In this document: positions 1 through 10,622 of the stretch, one piece after another
Numbering within the stretch: position 1 is the stretch's first letter
How the letters are laid out: each line of letters opens with the position of its first letter
Assembly: GCA_964016885.1 (NCBI GenBank)
Contig: OZ024740.1
Coordinates: 187,922,001 to 187,986,000 of the forward strand
From: Eledone cirrhosa
Lineage: Eukaryota
Direction of reading: 5' to 3'
DNA: 64,000 nt
Notes under the pieces: generated by a model
What the model was told of the DNA's origin: nothing
What the model saw: the letters and a program-made list of their open reading frames with translations, nothing else
Databases searched by the model: none
Program-made: the position numbers and the translations under genes

Positions 1-205
1 ATACATACATATGCATTCACACAAACATACACACACACATATATATACACACACACACTCATACATACACATATATTCATATATACACACACATGCACAC
101 ACACATGTACACACATATCTGTACACCTACAGACATACATACAAACACATCTACACACACATATATGTACACACATCTACTCAAGTATTTAAGTTCACAT
201 ATACA
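1..205. repeat. Degenerate (CA/TA)n microsatellite
   Basis: Low-complexity ACAC/ATAC run; the 72-aa ORF is an artefact of it. Confidence 0.9.
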
Positions 206-389
206 TTGGTGTGGGAAAGGGGGATTTAATGAAATGTTGGTGTACCTCTAAGGGTTTCTCTTCTCTTCAATGATCGAATATTTGAAAGTATGTGTGTCAT
301 CAACTTCTATTTTTCTTTTTCAATATGAGATTTTTTAAAGAAAAGAGAGAGGGGGAGAATCCCGTTACTTGAAGATGGAATATCACTTT

Positions 390-770
390 TTTGTGTTCTG
401 TAGTGGTTTGTACTTTCTAATAAAGAATTCTTCTTTATATTTTCTGAAATGTTCATTGTCCGAACATACCTTAAAAAGGGGGAAAATTATGAATTTTCCC
501 TTTCCGCATTTTGCGAAGTGTTCACAGCATGTGGTGTTTCTGACAGAGGGGTCTCTAATTTGTTGTTTATGTACTCAAACTCTGTCATGTAGATCCGTAT
601 TCTTTACATTGTGGGCAGGTTGCACAGTAAATCAAGTTCTTGGTTTTGCAATTCATATTTGCATTAACTGTAAAAAACTGGTTGTTTTTAAAGGAGTTTT
701 GCCCATCCTCTTCAATGTGTTTGCTATTTCTGCATCGAGGGTCCCCGCATTTCTTAACTTGCATTGCTTT
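390..770 (-). mobile_element. Penelope-like element, decayed GIY-YIG endonuclease C-terminus
   Basis: Minus-strand translation reads KKCGDPRC..MNCKTKNLIYCATCPQCKEY..(frameshift)..HKQQIRDP..CEHFAKCG..FIIFPLFK..RKYKEEFFIRKYKP, the typical PLE endonuclease layout, with a stop and a deletion. Confidence 0.8.
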
Positions 771-1202
771 ATTATAAGATGTACATTTTGCCTTGGTAAG
801 CAGTTTGCTGAAGGTGTTTGGCGTCTACTATATATAATTTGTGCATCTTTTATGAGAGCGTGTGTGTGTATGCTTTAATTCCTTTAAATCTTCATCAACA
901 CTCCTTCACTCCCACACTCATTAACACCACACCCCACACCATGGGCACATCCAAATCTCTCTTATATATAGAGTCACACATCACAACACAACCTGATCGC
1001 CAACGATGAATGCGAGAAAGTTCTCCAAGAATGTTAACCAGGAATCTTTAAAAATCTTCCCACTGATGTTAACAAAGAACTTACTAGATCTACCAACTCA
1101 TAATAGTATAATATTATAAAATTATTTAGAAATACAAGTGAAGGCATTCTTTTCCTTTTTTTCAAATATACCTAACAGTACCAAGGATCTCACACATTTT
1201 CC

Positions 1203-1234
<32 letters not shown>

Positions 1235-1307
1235 AGTATTGAAGTTTCCGGTGAAAATTGAAATAGTCAGAGGAATGAGAGTGCTCTATGTAAGTTACAG
1301 AGCTAAA

Positions 1308-1436
1308 TATTTAATGTATAATAAACAATAGAGTATAATTACCTCATTACCAGAGGTTTCCCAAATAAGACGAATACATTCGGGGAATCTCTGGTAATGA
1401 GGTAATTATACTGTATTGTTTATCATACATTAAATA
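1308..1436. repeat. Inverted repeat (about 55-bp arms) between (TA)n tracts
   Basis: tatttaatgtataataaacaatagagtataattacctcattaccagag is nearly the reverse complement of ctctggtaatgaggtaattatactgtattgtttatcatacattaaata. Confidence 0.85.
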
Positions 1437-1476
1437 TATATATATATATATACATATAAACATACATATATATGTA

Positions 1477-1631
<155 letters not shown>

Positions 1632-1875
1632 TTTAATATATTTAGAAACACACAGATACATGCGGACACACACATATATACATGAATGCATCCGCACCCA
1701 ACTGTGAGTTAAGGGTGCCAACTTCACCGATGTTGCTCAATGAATGACTGGGACAGACCAATTCAGTTTGAACCAGACTGAACCAGTATCAGAGTTAAAA
1801 ATACATTATGAAGAGAGAAGAAACATTTAGATATAATTAGTAATAAAATGTATCATACCTAAACTGCTCCTAAAT

Positions 1876-1963
1876 TCCTCGACTACGTAGTTTCGTGGCA
1901 TAAACAAAAACAATATATCAAAGATATAGAGTCCTTGGGAGGTCTGCCAACTTATCAAGAGGA
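1876..1963 (-). ncRNA. Type I hammerhead ribozyme, U3-A8 core variant (copy 1)
   Basis: Minus strand: uccuc-UUGAUAA-guuggca[44-nt loop]ugccac-GAAA-cuacguag-UC/gagga. Stem I uccuc:gagga, stem II guuggca:ugccac (one bulge), palindromic stem III, GUC cleavage triplet. Predicted cut between 1881 and 1880. Confidence 0.8.
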
Positions 1964-2466
1964 TACCTCATTTTACTAGTCTCAAGAACGCGTCTACACG
2001 ACGTGAGAAAGAATCCCAAAAGGCGGAGGGGGAGATAGTCACGCGATATAACGGTCGAGAAACAGAGCTAAGCCTCTTATAACCACGAAGAAAATACCAC
2101 GGAGGCGGAGGGGGTATTCATATCGAGGCCGTAGAAGAGGTAGTGAAGAAGGCGAGAAGTATGAGTAATGGAAGCTTTCCAGTTGTCCCCACACTTCAAA
2201 GATTGCTCGACCAGAGGGAGTTATTAATATATTTAGAAACACACAGATACATGCGGACACACACATATATACATGAATGCATCCGCACCCAACTGTGAGT
2301 TAAGGGTGCCAACTTCACCGATGTTGCTCAATGAATGACTGGGACAGACCAATTCAGTTTGAACCAGACTGAACCAGTATCAGAGTTAAAAATACATTAT
2401 GAAGAGAGAAGAAACATTTAGATATAATTAGTAATAAAATGTATCATACCTAAACTGCTCCTAAAT

Positions 2467-2554
2467 TCCTCGACTACGTAGTTTCGTGGCATAAACAAAA
2501 ACAATATATCAAAGATATAGAGTCCTTGCGAGGTCTGCCAACTTATCAAGAGGA
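2467..2554 (-). ncRNA. Type I hammerhead ribozyme, U3-A8 core variant (copy 2)
   Basis: Same motif shifted by 591 bp. Confidence 0.8.
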
Positions 2555-3057
2555 TACCTCATTTTACTAGTCTCAAGAACGCGTCTACACGACGTGAGAA
2601 AGAATCCCAAAAGGCGGAGGGGGAGATAGTCACGCGATATAACGGTCGAGAAACAGAGCTAAGCCTCTTATAACCACGAAGAAAATACCACGGAGGCGGA
2701 GGGGGTATTCATATCGAGGCCGTAGAAGAGGTAGTGAAGAAGGCGAGAAGTATGAGTAATGGAAGCTTTCCAGTTGTCCCCACACTTCAAAGATTGCTCG
2801 ACCAGAGGGAGTTATTAATATATTTAGAAACACACAGATACATGCGGACACACACATATATACATGAATGCATCCGCACCCAACTGTGAGTTAAGGGTGC
2901 CAACTTCACCGATGTTGCTCAATGAATGACTGGGACAGACCAATTCAGTTTGAACCAGACTGAACCAGTATCAGAGTTAAAAATACATTATGAAGAGAGA
3001 AGAAACATTTAGATATAATTAGTAATAAAATGTATCATACCTAAACTGCTCCTAAAT

Positions 3058-3145
3058 TCCTCGACTACGTAGTTTCGTGGCATAAACAAAAACAATATAT
3101 CAAAGATATAGAGTCCTTGCGAGGTCTGCCAACTTATCAAGAGGA
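3058..3145 (-). ncRNA. Type I hammerhead ribozyme, U3-A8 core variant (copy 3)
   Basis: Same motif shifted by 1182 bp. A fourth, 3'-half-only copy lies at 3649-3691. Confidence 0.8.
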
Positions 3146-3685
3146 TACCTCATTTTACTAGTCTCAAGAACGCGTCTACACGACGTGAGAAAGAATCCCA
3201 AAAGGCGGAGGGGGAGATAGTCACGCGATATAACGGTCGAGAAACAGAGCTAAGCCTCTTATAACCACGAAGAAAATACCACGGAGGCGGAGGGGGTATT
3301 CATATCGAGGCCGTAGAAGAGGTAGTGAAGAAGGCGAGAAGTATGAGTAATGGAAGCTTTCCAGTTGTCCCCACACTTCAAAGATTGCTCGACCAGAGGG
3401 AGTTATTAATATATTTAGAAACACACAGATACATGCGGACACACACATATATACATGAATGCATCCGCACCCAACTGTGAGTTAAGGGTGCCAACTTCAC
3501 CGATGTTGCTCAATGAATGACTGGGACAGACCAATTCAGTTTGAACCAGACTGAACCAGTATCAGAGTTAAAAATACATTATGAAGAGAGAAGAAACATT
3601 TAGATATAATTAGTAATAAAATGTATCATACCTAAACTGCTCCTAAATTCCTCGACTACGTAGTTTCGTGGCATAAACAAAAACA

Positions 3686-4085
<400 letters not shown>

Positions 4086-4419
4086 GGTGGATGCCAACTC
4101 GTTTTCGAGTACGGCCACTACTTTATATCCATGTAGGAGAACCCCTACCGATGTGCTGAACAAGTGTGACTTTTTAGTCCAGCCAGCGACTTGAAAACTC
4201 TGGTACAAACACTACACTTATGACAATTATTGACACATAGTGCTGGGCCCATGGTACCATGTGACGACAAGTGCAGAGAGATCTCCAGATATAAAGCAAT
4301 GCCTGTGCCGTGAAGTTTTTATAGTGACCAAAGTCACTGCACAAAGCCAGTCCCACTCTCTTAACCAAGATGATATTTACCAAAAGAAGAACAATTCAAC
4401 ATCATTGGATACCATCAGG

Positions 4420-4656
4420 GTTGCAGGTGTTATATCAGAGTTTTCCTTCTCCTAGAATTCTGTCTTGACAAAGGCTAAGGGGTCATCTCTCCTGGTGATT
4501 TTGGATGGCTATTGACCCTTAAGAGCCCCTTTGCCTTTTGACAGGTTTTGTTTTTAGTCCTGCAGGATGTCCAAAGTCACCCTCCTCACCAAGAAACCTT
4601 GGTGGGGCTGCCAGTTTAGTCGCCAACGACCCGACCATGAGACAGGTTGTACTGGG
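4420..4656 (-). mobile_element. Probable 5' UTR fragment of an RTE-type LINE or derived SINE
   Basis: Minus strand contains tagcctt..ctaggagaaggaaaactctga, which resembles RTE 5' UTR motifs as I recall them, preceded by an HDV-ribozyme-like segment. Confidence 0.4.
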
Positions 4657-4707
4657 ATACATATGTATGTATATATATATATACATACATATGTGTATAT
4701 ATATATA

Positions 4708-4782
<75 letters not shown>

Positions 4783-4839
4783 GTATTTATATATACATAC
4801 ATACATGCACATATATATATATTTGTGTGTACATACCTA

Positions 4840-5100
4840 TGTCATCATCATCTCCACCGTTTTACATCTATTTTCCATGCTACCATGGTTTAGACAAGTT
4901 ATCCCATTGTTAGCAATGCTAGGTAAGGTGACCATGTCATGTTCATACAGGACTGATTCTTGCTTGAATTGTACAGCTGGGTGCCTTTCCTAATGTCAAC
5001 CTCATTTACAGTGAGTACTGGGTGCTTTTTGTTGGGATACCTTCACGACCACTTTACAGTGTAGACTGGGCAATTTTTTCTATGTCACCATCATGACCAC
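4840..5100 (-). mobile_element. SINE/RTE-tail family B fragment
   Basis: Reverse complement of the aaaaagcacccag..ctgtaaatgaggttg..ttaggaaaggcacccagctgt..(gat)n module. Confidence 0.7.
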
Positions 5101-5369
5101 TATACTTGGAGCTTGGAACTTTACTAGATGCATTTACTTTGGCCTGTCCTCATGGGAGTGTATGGGAGGGTGGATTGGAGGCATACTGTATATATGCTTC
5201 AGCTTGTGCCTCTGGGAAGCTGCCATATATTAATTCTGTATATCGCCATATATATCATCAGGATTAAACCAGTAATGAACTAGCTACACCATTATTCAAC
5301 AGAGTACTCGATTCCTGGGATAGAAAAGTGTTGGGCACTGACTCTCCAATATATATATGTATATATATA

Positions 5370-5735
5370 TGGCCTTACAATCGAAAGGTTGTGAGTTCAA
5401 TTCTCAGACCGGGTGATGTGTTGTTTCTTTGAGCAAGACACTTTATTTCACATTGCTCCAGTTTACTCAGCTGTAGAAATGAGATGATAGGACTGGGGTC
5501 CCTATCATTCCACTGCAAAGTGGTCGTGGAGGTGCCATGGCAAAAAAGCACCCAGCCCACACTGTAAAGTGGACGTGGAGGTGCCACAGGATAAAAAGCA
5601 CCCAGCACTCACTGTAAATGAGGTTGGTGTTAGGAAGGGCATCCAGCTGTAGAAATCAAGCCAGAATCAGTTCCCGACCCTCCCTTGCAAGCAGGGAAAA
5701 GTGGATGTAAAATGAAATGATGGTGATGATGATGT
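5370..5735 (+). mobile_element. tRNA-derived composite SINE (family B)
   Basis: B-box-like gagttcaattctc, a ttgagcaagacactt domain, about 45-bp subrepeats, ggttggtgttaggaagggcatccagctgtag and an (atg)n tail. Confidence 0.8.
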
Positions 5736-5957
5736 ATATATATATATATAGAACACAGTGTTGTAGTTTACCTGAAGCATTGTTGAATAAGAAATATAAA
5801 TTTAAAAGTTCACAGGGACACTCCCTTGATAATGGGTTTTTAAACCCGAAAATATATGGGATTATTAAATTTGCTAAATTAAGATTCTATTGTTGTCTTA
5901 GCACGTTTAATTTTCTAATGCATTGTATGTCTTTTAGAGTTATTCATATATATATAT

Positions 5958-6206
5958 TTCATCATTTCATTTCATTTCATTTTATGTCCGCTTTTCCCCT
6001 GCTTGCAATGGTGGGATGGGAACTGATTCTGGATGCCCTTCCTAACACCAACCTCATTTACAGTGAGTCCTGGGTGCTTTTTTGCCGTGGCACCTGCACG
6101 ACCACTTTGCAGTGGAATGATATGGACCCCAGTCCCTATCATCTCATTTCTACAGCTGAGTAAACTGGAGTAATGTGAAATAAAGTGTCTTGCTCAAGGA
6201 AGCAAC
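5958..6206 (-). mobile_element. SINE family B, inverted partial copy
   Basis: Reverse-complement match to 5420-5720, with internal deletions. Confidence 0.8.
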
Positions 6207-6318
6207 ATATATATGTATATATATAGTTTTATAGTGTTATTAATTCTGGCAATATTATTACACAAATATAACCCTCCTATATATATATTAATTACAATTG
6301 CAAATCTCTTCTAGTAAA

Positions 6319-6440
6319 ATAATTGTTTCTACTTTAGGCACAAGGCCAGCAATTACCCAGTGCGTTATTGGTACTTTATTTCATCGACCCCGTAAGGATG
6401 AAAGGCAAAGTCAACCTCGGCGGGATTTGAACTCAGATGG
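6319..6440 (-). mobile_element. tRNA-derived SINE family A, 5'-truncated
   Basis: Reverse complement of gagttcaaatcccgccgagg..gcctttcatccttacggggtcgat..aagtaccaataa..gtagaaacaatta. Confidence 0.85.
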
Positions 6441-6709
6441 TAAAGGTTGTGAGTTCAATTCTCAGACCGGGTGATGTGTTGTTTCTTTGAGCAAGACACT
6501 TTATTTCACATTGCTCCAGTTTACTCAGCTGTAGAAATGAGATGATAGGACTGGGGTCCCTATCATTCCACTGCAAAGTAGTCGTGGAGGTACCATGGCA
6601 ACAAAGCACCCAGCCCACACTGTAAAGTGGACGTGGAGGTGCCACAGGATAAAAAGCACCCAGCACTCACTGTAAATGAGGTTGGTGTTAGGAAGGGCAT
6701 CCAGCTGTA
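6441..6709 (+). mobile_element. SINE family B copy
   Basis: Nearly identical to 5384-5651. Confidence 0.85.
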
Positions 6710-7812
6710 AAATAATGGTAGTGTATTTGGTACTTGCTTTCTCAAATCTAGATGATTAAAAGAGTAAAATTTGAGCATATGATGTATGAAGCTGCATCTA
6801 TTCTAGCATTATATTTCCATCTAATAATATTTTGATATCAATTTCAAGACCCTAATTACTTGAGTAAAACTACTGTCTGAGAATTGAAACCAAGCTTTTG
6901 TCAACATGAGAGAGCCTACTTTATAATCTATATAAGGATGACATATCTTGATTACAGAAATAAACACCTGGAACAGTATTAAATGTGTATTTTAATGAAA
7001 GTTGCAAAGCAATATAAAAAATATCTGTTCATAGATTAAATGGCTCACTCATGAAGTCTGTGAAATGTAAATTGATTGAATCTTTATTTAGACTTCAGCA
7101 ATTAATGATTAATGCACCTTTTCCATACAATATGAGCTTCTAATGAATGTTTGAATTAAAATTATTTCCATTTCATTTCAATACTTGTGCTGAAGCATTT
7201 AATTATTCATTTCACACACACTCTTTTTGTTACAACAAATCAAATTATTATTATTAGTGAAAAGATTTCAGAAATATCTAGCATTGTTAATTTAACGTCT
7301 TTTAGCACTAATTAAAAATATAAATTGCAGTTGGCAATCAGAATTACGAGTAAGAAAAAATCTGAGATTATAACATTTAAATAGAGATTATGACAACCTG
7401 TTCAGTCAACATTTCATTTCCTTTTGAATGAGTTTATAATTTGCTGAAGTATCTAAAACACCAGGTAGTAGTATTTTCTCCCAAACTATCTAAAATGTAT
7501 TTATTAGATAGTCGTTTTACATTATTACCTTATTAGGTTGCTGATTATGCAGAATGTTCACTAACTATTATATACATCCAAGTATTAAAAAAACTTCAGT
7601 GAATACATTAACTTTTCAACAAATCTTTGTTGAAAATTTATTTATGCAATAAAATCGAGAACCAATATATTCAAATAATATATTATAATATTTTTTTGTA
7701 GAAGGAAAACTTTAAACTTTTGTTAGAAGTGTTTGGAAAATACTTATATTAACTAGAAATAAAATGATAAAATTTGTTTGCTTTAACAATGAAGAGTTAG
7801 CAAAAATATAAT

Positions 7813-7989
7813 TGTTTCTACTTTTGACACAAGGCCAGCAATTACCCAGTACATTACTGGTACTTTATTTTATCGACCCCGTAAAGATGAAAGGCAAAGT
7901 TAACTTTAGCGGGATTTGAACTCAGATCATAAAGGGATGTAACTCTATGCTTCAAAGCCTGGCGTCTGACTCTCTGCCAATCCACCGCC
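7813..7989 (-). mobile_element. Full-length SINE family A with 18-bp target site duplication
   Basis: agttagcaaaaatataat at 7795-7812 and 7990-8007; A-box and B-box-like motifs. Confidence 0.9.
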
Positions 7990-9346
7990 AGTTAGCAAAA
8001 ATATAATGATTTGTTTTCAAACTCTAAGTATGAATTCATTATAAAGTAAGATGGAAGGTAATTTTCCCTCACCATGTCAGATTTACTATGAAAATAATGC
8101 TTGCACTTTAAAGTCCTTGGTTCTCAGAAGTCCCAGAATCAAGTATTTTGGTTCGTTACCCCCTTGTTGCTGTTTGAAAAGCAAAAAGTCTCCAATGTAT
8201 GTCTTTCATTGTTTTTATATGATCTCATGTAGTCACTGAAAACAATTATCTTAATGAAACAACTCCTTCTCCTTTTTTCTAGTTTTGCATTATTTTCTTA
8301 TTCTAATGAAATTATCGTGAAATGTTGCTAACTATTGTCACTTTCATCAACTAAATTGAATTGAAGTAAAACAAATAAATCTATCAATACAAACTGGGAG
8401 TCAGAAAATTCAAGAACATAAATATGTTTGTTTAGTCACAACTATATTTACTATATAATAAGGTTCCTCTAAAGTGCAAAAATGAAAATGATTTAACTTA
8501 GAAATTTGAACTCTTTTGCCAATTTTAGGATTACCAATTTGTTTCAAGTAAAAGAAAAAACAAATATATATCGATACTGCTTATTTTGAGCCTGGTTCTG
8601 GTAAATAGAAATTGCTTTAGGGCTATTTCTCAAATGTTCAAAAGTTGTTTTTAATTTCATTGAAATCTAATTTTCTTTAGATTTTTACCTGCTTATTCAA
8701 ATAAAATGTTAGATGTTCATTTCATATAATTAGCAGTGCCTGAAAAAAACCTTGAAGAAATTTTGTCTAATTTTCTTCAATAATATTTCCCTTTTTATGA
8801 AGCTTAATTTAGGATTTTGTCAAGTTATCTCGGAATTGAATCATTTTGTAACTGTAATATCTGCATGTAAATTTTAAATTTGATTTTGTCAATAAGAATT
8901 ATTATAATTTATTTTGATTATTAGCAGGAAGTTATGAATTTTTTAATAAAATGCAAGCTCCTAACCAAGGTGACTCAGTTGAGACTAGATTTGGTGGTGT
9001 TTTGCCCATTTTGTTAGATATTTACCTTACTGGTGCACATATACCATGTTTCCTCATGTTTTCCATATTCCAAAAACATTGTAGTTGAAAGTATATCAAG
9101 AACTGAATTTTCTTGAAATCTTTAGGCATGAAATGAATGATATTGTGTTTCAGCATATTTTAACCAAATAGTCATTATAACAATTAAACAATTCATGAAA
9201 TGTGCATCTTTGACTTGACATAAGAATAACACTTCTAAAATTCAAGACCAAATGTATTCTAAAAGTAAATATCTTCGTTGAGAATGATTTTTAAATATAT
9301 CTTCTGCTGCATTAGATTTTGCTTATAAATTGTAGATAATCTATAG

Positions 9347-9408
9347 GCTCACATTTTTATAATTTATGGTTCACATTTTTATAATTTATGGTTCACATTT
9401 TTATAATT
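9347..9408. repeat. 21-bp minisatellite x3
   Basis: (ggttcacatttttataattta)t repeated three times. Confidence 0.85.
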
Positions 9409-9879
9409 AATATTGGATTATTGTTATACATTAAATTTAAACTTACAAGCTCCCACATCTTGAGATGCATGAGGCAGCTAAAGTGCTTCAATTACCATGG
9501 TCAGTTGCATCTATCAATACATCATTCCCAAATTTGTTGATGGGTATCAGGACCCTCTCTGACTGCTACCAGTTCATGTTGGAACATCTTCTTCACCTCT
9601 TTCAATGGGGGTAAATATACAGGATCTGATCGTCATGTCAATCACCTAGGAGTCAGGGGATATGTCACAACTTGCTTAGTCGACAATTTCACATGATGTT
9701 ATGCTGGTGGATTCATTGACAGACTTCTTTGTTGGGGGTGAGATCATTCCACCCGATGCCAAGAATTTTGCATAGATTGAGGATTACAAAATCATTTCTA
9801 AATAAATTAACAAAATGATCAGTTACTATGAATATGTAAAGTATGCTTATTTTATTTGTCATTTAAGAACATTAATAAT

Positions 9880-10063
9880 AATAATTGTTTCTACTTTTTG
9901 GCACAAGGCCAGCAATTACCCAGCACATTACTGGCACTTTATTTTATCGATCCCGTAAGGATGAAAGGCAAAGTTAACCTTGGCCGGATTTGAACTCAGA
10001 ATGCCAAGGGCCATAACGCTATGCGTCAAAGCATGGCATCCGACCCTCTACTGATACTGCCAA
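9880..10063 (-). mobile_element. SINE family A inserted in (AAT)n
   Basis: Same consensus as 7813-7989, with (aat)n on both sides. Confidence 0.9.
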
Positions 10064-10427
10064 TAATAATAATAATAATAATCAGAAGAGAAATTCCTGC
10101 CCAGTACAAAAATTGCATAGCATTTCAAGAGTAAAATAAAATCAAAACTGGAGACAGGAAATAAATGAACCTTAATCAACATATCAGAAACATTTTTCAT
10201 CCATTATAAACTTGAGCAAATATAATTAGTTGCCTGAAACCTTCAAGAATATATGTTTGTATATATAAAAATTTAGTTGTGTTTGCATAAACGTATTTGT
10301 GTGTGGATGCCTTGATATATGAACACAGGCATACGTACAATGAAGTTTACAATTATGAGGAAAACGTTTACATCAATAAAAAAAATTTCACACTATTAAA
10401 ATTGTTGTAAATATTATGACAATGTAT

Positions 10428-10622
10428 TTGTTTTGCAAGGTTATTGATATGGAATTGTGTGTTGAAACAGATATTGTTATATTTGGGGAGGCTCATGTTG
10501 TCCTAATATTAACAAAACATAGTACAATGATGAAACTGAAGTGAAAACCAAACCAAATAGTCAGTGTTTTACTATTTATTTGCTATATTAAGACAACATG
10601 ACCCTCCCCAAATATTACAATA
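10428..10622. mobile_element. Diverged inverted-repeat relative of hammerhead family X
   Basis: tattgttatatttggggagggctcatgttgtc ... gacaacatgaccctccccaaatattacaata arms resemble those at 29003-29349. Confidence 0.65.

Larger units (their letters stand above)
1633..3691 (-). mobile_element. Tandem array of a 591-bp hammerhead-containing unit (3 x 591 + 286 bp), retrozyme-like
   Basis: Units start at 1633, 2224, 2815 and 3406. The only difference I saw is G at 1938 versus C at 2529 and 3120. Long (TA)n tracts lie on both sides. Each unit has one hammerhead motif. Confidence 0.85.

Noticed and set aside
369-878. 169-aa plus-strand ORF
   Set aside because: Antisense shadow of the Penelope GIY-YIG remnant.
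2039-3448. 75-aa ORF repeated in each 591-bp unit; rolling-circle translation since 591 is divisible by 3
   Set aside because: No recognisable motif, it starts in a TG-rich tract, and the ORF track shows no frame open around the whole unit.
1633-3691. Tandem TRIM/LTR interpretation (A-B-A-B-A-B-A with a purine run agaggggag before A)
   Set aside because: No TG..CA termini or TGG primer-binding site, and the hammerhead spans the A/B border. Disfavoured but not fully excluded.
5515-5625. CRISPR-like short repeats (aaaaagcacccagc..)
   Set aside because: Eukaryotic context; these are contiguous subrepeats of a SINE/LINE tail without unique spacers or cas genes.
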